Source: Alphaproteobacteria bacterium
GTDB taxonomy: Bacteria; Pseudomonadota; Alphaproteobacteria; Rs-D84
Direction of reading: 5' to 3'
Assembly: GCA_016285415.1 (NCBI GenBank)
Contig: JAEEQU010000001.1
Location: 1 to 34,822 of the forward strand
DNA length: 34,822 nucleotides
Below, piece by piece: positions 34,521 through 34,822 of this stretch (the first letter of the stretch is position 1; the number at the start of each line of letters is the position of its first letter). A model generated the notes under the pieces. It saw only the letters and a program-made list of their open reading frames with translations. It was not told where the DNA came from and did no database searches. A program made the translations under genes and the position numbers.

Positions 34521-34822
34521 TTACCAATCAATTGGCTTTTGACCATTTGCAACCAAGTATTCATTTGCCTTGCTAAAATGATGACACCCAAAGAATCCCC
34601 TGTATGCAGACAGTGGCGATGGATGTACACTTTTTAAAATCAGGTTTTTATTTGCATCAACAAATTCGGCTTTCTTTTGCGCATATGAACCCCAAAGCAT
34701 ATAAACAACACCACTTTTTTGCGTGGCAATTGCACGAATTACCGCATCGGTAAATTGTTCCCAACCGCGTCCCGCATGCGATGCAGCCAAATGCGCCGCA
34801 ACCGTTAATGTAGAATTTAATA
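34521..34822 (-). CDS. ung: Uracil-DNA glycosylase, C-terminal ~100 codons (gene continues past the right edge)
   Basis: LNSTLTVAAHLAASHAGRGWEQFTD...VYMLWGSYAQKK...HPSPLSAYRGFFGCHHFSKAN...PIDW aligns with E. coli Ung. Confidence 0.9.
   Translation of the reverse strand, partial: LNSTLTVAAHLAASHAGRGWEQFTDAVIRAIATQKSGVVYMLWGSYAQKKAEFVDANKNLILKSVHPSPLSAYRGFFGCHHFSKANEYLVANGQKPIDW

Noticed and set aside
1-34822. Looked for mobile-element hallmarks (transposase, integrase, recombinase, terminal inverted repeats) and for known defence-system genes (Cas, restriction-modification, Abi, retron RT, CBASS-type).
   Set aside because: No ORF in the track shows the corresponding catalytic motifs (DDE, tyrosine/serine recombinase, RT YxDD, and so on). 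The accessory genes present are orphans or metabolic or envelope types.

Overview
This is a gene-dense window from an AT-rich diderm bacterium. The envelope genes (LolCDE, Pal/OmpA-like lipoprotein, AsmA-like protein, YadA-type trimeric autotransporter, PagL-like deacylase) and the style of the LolC/E, LolD and small HTH proteins point to an alphaproteobacterium, possibly host-associated; that taxonomy is inference only. Recognisable housekeeping genes are lolD, lolC/E, ftsQ, ftsA, tsaE, uvrB, aspS, a truncated ung and two tRNAs (Thr-GGU, Met/Ile2-CAU). They sit among markedly more AT-rich accessory or orphan genes. I found no CRISPR array, transposase, integrase or prophage gene. The observations I rate highest are: (1) an exact T-box core with an antiterminator-like fold in the aspS leader, unexpected in this kind of genome; (2) ftsA running in frame, with no stop codon, into a complete ribulose-phosphate 3-epimerase domain; (3) a very AT-rich orphan ORF translationally coupled between lolC/E and lolD, in an operon that also carries a secretin-like lipoprotein and several orphan envelope proteins; (4) an accessory block with a radical SAM enzyme, a serine hydrolase, two orphans, a cytosolic NlpC/P60-like protein and an MFS transporter; (5) a free-standing FtsK-gamma winged helix coupled to an APH-fold kinase; (6) both tRNA genes encoding C instead of the near-invariant U at T-loop position 55; (7) a 1273-aa orphan protein with glycine-zipper transmembrane segments, a Gly/Thr/Asn repeat and a coiled coil. 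All homology calls come from reading motifs by eye, and no searches were run.
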